A stretch of DNA of 64,000 nucleotides from Candidatus Latescibacterota bacterium (GTDB lineage Bacteria; Latescibacterota; UBA2968). The notes under the pieces were generated by a model. That model was not told the DNA's origin. It made no database searches and saw only the letters and a program-made list of their open reading frames with translations. The DNA lies in the NCBI GenBank assembly GCA_965204745.1, contig OZ242010.1:3773389-3837388 (forward strand), in the 5' to 3' direction. Positions 59,848 through 64,000 of this stretch are shown here, one piece after another (the stretch's first letter is position 1; each line of letters starts with the position of its first letter). Made by a program: the position numbers and the translations under genes.

Positions 59848-61590
59848 ATGTCCATTTTTCACATAACCTCACCTGCTGCGCCGCCCGAGTGGGCATTGTT
59901 GCAGCGCGAACTGATGCGCGCACAAGTTACGGCGTGCCGCGTTTTTTATCACCGGTATTTCGACGGGCGCGGGTATCTCAAGTGCGTGCCGCGCTGGGGC
60001 GGGAATGATGGGCCCGATGACGCCATTGAAAATTTGACCGGGTATTCGATGGTGCATACCTTGGGCGGGCCGGCGCATCTTCTCGACCTGTACAAGCAGG
60101 CGTGGGAAGGGCATCTCGAACAATACTCCGAAGCGAGGACGCAGGTCGTTCCCATCGGGCGTAGCGGCATGTACTACAAGGAATTTCCCGCGTGCTTCGA
60201 CTGGTTTCACCACGGCGAGTCGCTCACGGTGTTCAACCTTCAGGGGTTGTCCGACCCGCACGAAGTCGAATTTGGGCACCGCGTGCGCCGGTACGCGGGG
60301 TTTTACATGGACGAAGACCCGCAAGCGAAAAACTACGATCCAGAGCACAAGATCATCCGCAGCCTTTTTAACGGTAGCCGAGGGCCATTGTTGCGGAAGG
60401 CCACGGCTTTGGACTGGGCCGGAGATCCCTTTGAAGTGGAAGGCCGGTTTCCCGCGCCGCGGCACGGGGAACGCAATTTTGAGGAAATGCTCATGCATTT
60501 TCAAGATTACACGGACGTGATCGGCGACCATCCGCTCAACCTCGCGGCAACCACGCTCGGGCTGAATGCGTTCGCGCTGACAGGCGAGGAGAAATACCGC
60601 GCCTGGGTGTGCGAATACGCGGATGCGTGGGCAGAACGCGCAGCCAAAAACAGCGGTGTTCTGCCATCCAACATCGGGCTTGATGGCGCGATTGGGGGCG
60701 CGTGCAATGGCAAGTGGTACGGCGGTTGTTACGGCTGGGGATTTACAGTGGTCGTGCCGCAAACCGGCGCGCTCGCCGACCGCAATGCCCTGTACCGCGG
60801 CGTCGCCGGGTTTGGCAATGCCCTGCTCCTGACGGGCGACTTCAAATATCCCGCAGTCTGGCGCGACATGCTCAACGCGGTCAACAGCCACAGCAAAACC
60901 ATTGACGGGCAGCCCCACTACCCGCACATGCACGGCGACGACGGATGGTATGGTTACGCCCCGCAACCCTACAGCCAAGGCGCGCTCGACGTGTACTATT
61001 GGACGATAGACGACTCGGATTTGCAGTGCGTTCCCGCGGACCCGTGGCTGGCCTATTTGCGGGGCGAGAATCCCGGGCATCCCACGCGCACGTTGCGAAA
61101 TGCCATCGGCACAATTCGCACAAAAATGGAGCATGTGCGGCATGACACGTCCTCCGCAGACACCCGTTTGTCAGACGATCCCTTGCCCTATAACCCCGCA
61201 ACGACGGTCAACGCGCTGATCCAACTCCAACTCGGAGGGCTTGCGCCGCGCCACGGCGAGCCCCTGCATTGCCGCGTGCGCTATTTCGATCCCGAAGCCC
61301 GTCGCCCCGGATTGCCGCCCGACGTGGCGGCCCTGGTCGAAACCCTGACCGCAGAGGAAGTCACACTGTCGCTCGTGAACATCGACCAGACCGAACACCG
61401 GGATCTCATCGTCCAAAGCGGCGCGTATGCCGAACACCAAATCACTGCGGTCAAAACCGATGGCACTGCGGCTGATTTGGACACTTCGTGGATTCCCATT
61501 CGCCTAGGGCCTGGCTGCGGCGCGCAACTCACCCTCAAAACCGAACGCTATGTCAACCCGCCCACGTTTGCGTTTCCGTGGGAGAGATGA
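59848..61590 (+). CDS. hypothetical 580-aa protein of unknown function
   Basis: Long ORF 5 nt after the nucleotidyltransferase gene; no recognised domain; the stop codon runs into a (GAGGCAA)7 microsatellite. Confidence 0.65.
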   Translation: MSIFHITSPAAPPEWALLQRELMRAQVTACRVFYHRYFDGRGYLKCVPRWGGNDGPDDAIENLTGYSMVHTLGGPAHLLDLYKQAWEGHLEQYSEARTQVVPIGRSGMYYKEFPACFDWFHHGESLTVFNLQGLSDPHEVEFGHRVRRYAGFYMDEDPQAKNYDPEHKIIRSLFNGSRGPLLRKATALDWAGDPFEVEGRFPAPRHGERNFEEMLMHFQDYTDVIGDHPLNLAATTLGLNAFALTGEEKYRAWVCEYADAWAERAAKNSGVLPSNIGLDGAIGGACNGKWYGGCYGWGFTVVVPQTGALADRNALYRGVAGFGNALLLTGDFKYPAVWRDMLNAVNSHSKTIDGQPHYPHMHGDDGWYGYAPQPYSQGALDVYYWTIDDSDLQCVPADPWLAYLRGENPGHPTRTLRNAIGTIRTKMEHVRHDTSSADTRLSDDPLPYNPATTVNALIQLQLGGLAPRHGEPLHCRVRYFDPEARRPGLPPDVAALVETLTAEEVTLSLVNIDQTEHRDLIVQSGAYAEHQITAVKTDGTAADLDTSWIPIRLGPGCGAQLTLKTERYVNPPTFAFPWER

Positions 61591-61700
61591 GAGGCAAGAG
61601 GCAAGAGGCAAGAGGCAAGAGGTAAGAGGCAAGAGGCAAGAAGGCCGACCCGCCCAAAGGCAGTTGTCAGTTGTCAGTTGTCAGTTGTCAGTTGTCAGTC
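61590..61700 (+). repeat. (GAGGCAA)7 followed by (GTTGTCA)5 microsatellites
   Basis: Perfect tandem heptamers. Confidence 0.95.
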
Positions 61701-61844
61701 CCCACACATCCACCCCAGGGCAATGTATGTGTTGACCGCTCTTTCGGATTGGGGGGATTATTCGCTACGCTCCGTTGATTCGTTTAGCCTCTCGTCCGTT
61801 GTTCTTATGTGGTTGTTTTTGCCTTTCATCCAAAGGAGTTTTTC

Positions 61845-62795
61845 ATGTCCAAAGTTAATGTCGGTCTCGCCCGGCGCGAGAATCGCCGCCAGAATGTGTT
61901 TGGCGCGCTCAACCTCATCCGCGATGACGCGATTCCCAAACTCGCCGAGCAAGTCATGCTCAAACCCAATTTCCTCTCGTCCCAAAATCAGTTGGCCTCG
62001 TCCCATGCCGATGCCATGCGCGGGGCGATTGATTTTTTGCTCAGCGTGCCCAATCCGCCCGAAGAAATCCTCATCGCCGAAGGGGGCAATGAGGAGTATT
62101 CGGGACAGGCGTTTGAAAATTTTGGGTATCACGCCCTCAAACGAGAATACGACATTCCCATTCGGCTGGTCGATCTCAACCGCGAAACTCGGTGGGAGAC
62201 CGTGCCCATTTTGCTCGACGACCGCACCGAGTACGCAGTCCACATGCCCAAAACCGTGCTCGACTGTCCCTGTACCATTTCAATGGCCGTTGCTAAAACC
62301 CACGACGTCACGGTGGTCACTCTGGCTCTAAAAAACATGATCATGGGCACGATTCGCAAAGAGGACCGCGTCAAGATGCACGGCTTTCCCACGCATGGAG
62401 AACGCCTGCGTCCCAACGAGTCCAAACGGCTCAACATCAATCTCATTCGGCTCGCCAAATACATGGCACCCGACATCGGCGTCATCGACGGCACGGTGGG
62501 CTTGCAGGGCAATGGCCCGGGCGGCACAGATGCGGTCGATCTCGGCGTCGCCGCTGCCAGTGTCGATGTATTCGCGGTCGACGCGGTTATGACCAAGGTG
62601 ATGGGATTCGACCCAGCAGAACAAGGACTGCTACACTACGCAGGACAACTCGGCATGGGCGTCACCGGTCTCCGCGACATCAATATCCTCGAAAACGCCA
62701 TCGAAACCATCGCCACCTCCTTCAAACCCCACAAATGGATCGAACAACAACGCCAATGGCACGAACCCAATGCCATGGCGGAAATTCATGCGTGA
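61845..62795 (+). CDS. DUF362 domain protein
   Basis: KPNFL...GNGPGG...D signature; RBS AAAGGAG. Confidence 0.7.
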   Translation: MSKVNVGLARRENRRQNVFGALNLIRDDAIPKLAEQVMLKPNFLSSQNQLASSHADAMRGAIDFLLSVPNPPEEILIAEGGNEEYSGQAFENFGYHALKREYDIPIRLVDLNRETRWETVPILLDDRTEYAVHMPKTVLDCPCTISMAVAKTHDVTVVTLALKNMIMGTIRKEDRVKMHGFPTHGERLRPNESKRLNINLIRLAKYMAPDIGVIDGTVGLQGNGPGGTDAVDLGVAAASVDVFAVDAVMTKVMGFDPAEQGLLHYAGQLGMGVTGLRDINILENAIETIATSFKPHKWIEQQRQWHEPNAMAEIHA

Positions 62796-63147
62796 TTCAG
62801 AAGCGGTAAAAGGTGAGACGCAAGAGGGGAGAAGGCCGCACAAAAGCGGTAAGAGGTGAGACGTGAGACGCAAGAGGGAAGAAGGCCGCACAGCCGCACA
62901 AAAGGCGATCCGCTGTACACCTTCCGTTGATTCGCCGATATGACGATAAATGCAAAACGCCCGAAGCCATACGGAGATGACTTCGGGCGTCTCTATCCGC
63001 CACTGGGCGTAGTGACTGCTATCGGCATTCCTCTTTGCTAACGCTGTACTCAGAGGGCGACGCCTGCTCATCCCCTCTTGAAAGCGACTTGGTTTGCCGA
63101 CCGCGACCTTGGACGTAAAGCCCCTCACCGTTGCCAGCACCGTTTTG

Positions 63148-63855
63148 TCAAATTTTGCTATAGTCGGGTTCTTCGGGTTCGATGACCTCAATGCCCTTAT
63201 CGCGCAGGACTTGCGCCCGGTGGCTGTGGATATCCGCCGTGGCCAGAATGATCCGCGTGGGTTCGATTCCAGTGGACTTGGTGTACAGAAGACGCTTGCG
63301 TTCCAGACGCTCTCCAATGGTGCGTCCCACGCTCGCGGCGATTTCGATAAGGATATGCTGATGGTCGTAAATGACGACGTCGAATTGTTCGCCTTCGATG
63401 ACGCGCTGCTCGACCTCAACCCCAAAGGATTCTTCAAGCAATGTGGCAATGGTCTTGCGAAACACGATTTCATTGCGGATTCCCCAGCGCGATCCCAGCC
63501 GATCAATGGCCTGATGGAGTCCGAACTCGAGGTCAACCATACGCTGATTCATCTCGTTGCGAAATGCCTCTATCTTTTGATCGACTTGCTCAAAGCGTTG
63601 GTTCATCTCTGCGCGCAAGGCAATTATCGCTCCCTCTGCTTTCTCAAGGCGTTGATCAACTTGCTCGAAACGTTGATCGACCTCAGCGCGCAACTCGCGC
63701 AATTCATCCAAGATCACGGCCAGCTCTTCGCGGCGCCCGAACGCTTTCAAGAACCCCTGGAAAATCACCGGCTCGAGTTCTGGGCGGCGTTCTAACAGAT
63801 CGGGTAATTGCCGGTTGAACACGTCAATCAATTCTTCATCGCTGAATGTCACCAT
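63148..63855 (-). CDS. PD-(D/E)XK nuclease-like protein with an N-terminal coiled coil (DUF3782-like)
   Basis: Coiled-coil repeats EVDQRFEQVDQR and a C-terminal FDVVIYDHQHILIEIAAS (D...E.K-like) region; RBS AAAGGAG. Confidence 0.6.
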   Translation of the reverse strand: MVTFSDEELIDVFNRQLPDLLERRPELEPVIFQGFLKAFGRREELAVILDELRELRAEVDQRFEQVDQRLEKAEGAIIALRAEMNQRFEQVDQKIEAFRNEMNQRMVDLEFGLHQAIDRLGSRWGIRNEIVFRKTIATLLEESFGVEVEQRVIEGEQFDVVIYDHQHILIEIAASVGRTIGERLERKRLLYTKSTGIEPTRIILATADIHSHRAQVLRDKGIEVIEPEEPDYSKI

Positions 63856-64000
63856 AGATCGCTCCTTTCTCATAAAATAGCGATGGGTTCACATGGGATT
63901 GCGTTTTCAAACAAAGATAGCGTATAATCGAATTTTTTGCAATATCGTCGTGGAACATTTTTCGCATCCTCGCTATATTTTTTTGTCATTTTCAAATCGC

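Noticed and set aside
59869-61143. 424-aa minus-strand ORF antisense to the 580-aa hypothetical gene
   Set aside because: Shadow ORF. The plus-strand ORF is longer, lies 5 nt after the preceding gene and has a balanced composition, although neither has domain support.

Overview
This is a high-GC (about 60%) bacterial chromosomal segment that mixes housekeeping genes with strongly accessory, repeat-rich DNA. The housekeeping backbone is RNase P RNA (missed by the ORF track), RNase HI, a COG1579 zinc-ribbon protein, tRNA-Val(CAC), an IlvD/EDD-family dehydratase, modBC, a SulP permease, an AGCS symporter, a FAD oxidoreductase, thiI, uxuA with an enolase-superfamily dehydratase and an SDR, and a class I SAM-dependent methyltransferase. 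Accessory content: (i) a low-GC three-gene island beside the tRNA; (ii) tandem chimeric small HTH genes plus an HNH endonuclease flanked by ~150-bp direct repeats that copy the 5' end of the dehydratase gene; (iii) a solitary gamma-class N6-adenine DNA methyltransferase; (iv) an IS5-family element with two frameshifted ORFs and an IS110-family element, both sitting in heptanucleotide microsatellite arrays; (v) a family of MITE-like elements with GGACCTACCCCC terminal inverted repeats and relics of an IS5-like transposase; (vi) an intact 1858-aa FN3/GLUG/Calx-beta/dockerin-repeat surface protein on the minus strand with a stop-overlapping stand-alone dockerin minigene, and an inverted, pseudogenised paralogous copy on the plus strand; the near-identical ~2.3-kb 3' ends flank a ~19-kb segment. 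That segment holds a PP2C phosphatase, an NtrB/NtrC-like sigma-54 two-component system, an NfeD-flotillin pair, an ECF sigma factor with a DUF2807 protein, and a psp locus (pspA, two PspB-like genes, small membrane proteins) with a textbook sigma-54 promoter and an upstream palindrome. Downstream lie a DUF3604 gene coupled to a 657-aa polytopic membrane protein, a DUF2442 gene, a truncated HsdR_N fragment, a TPR membrane protein, a putative toxin-antitoxin-like pair (small protein plus minimal nucleotidyltransferase), a 580-aa unknown protein, a DUF362 gene and a PD-(D/E)XK-like protein. No CRISPR array or rRNA is present. Many long ORFs in the track are antisense shadow ORFs typical of high-GC DNA and are not reported.
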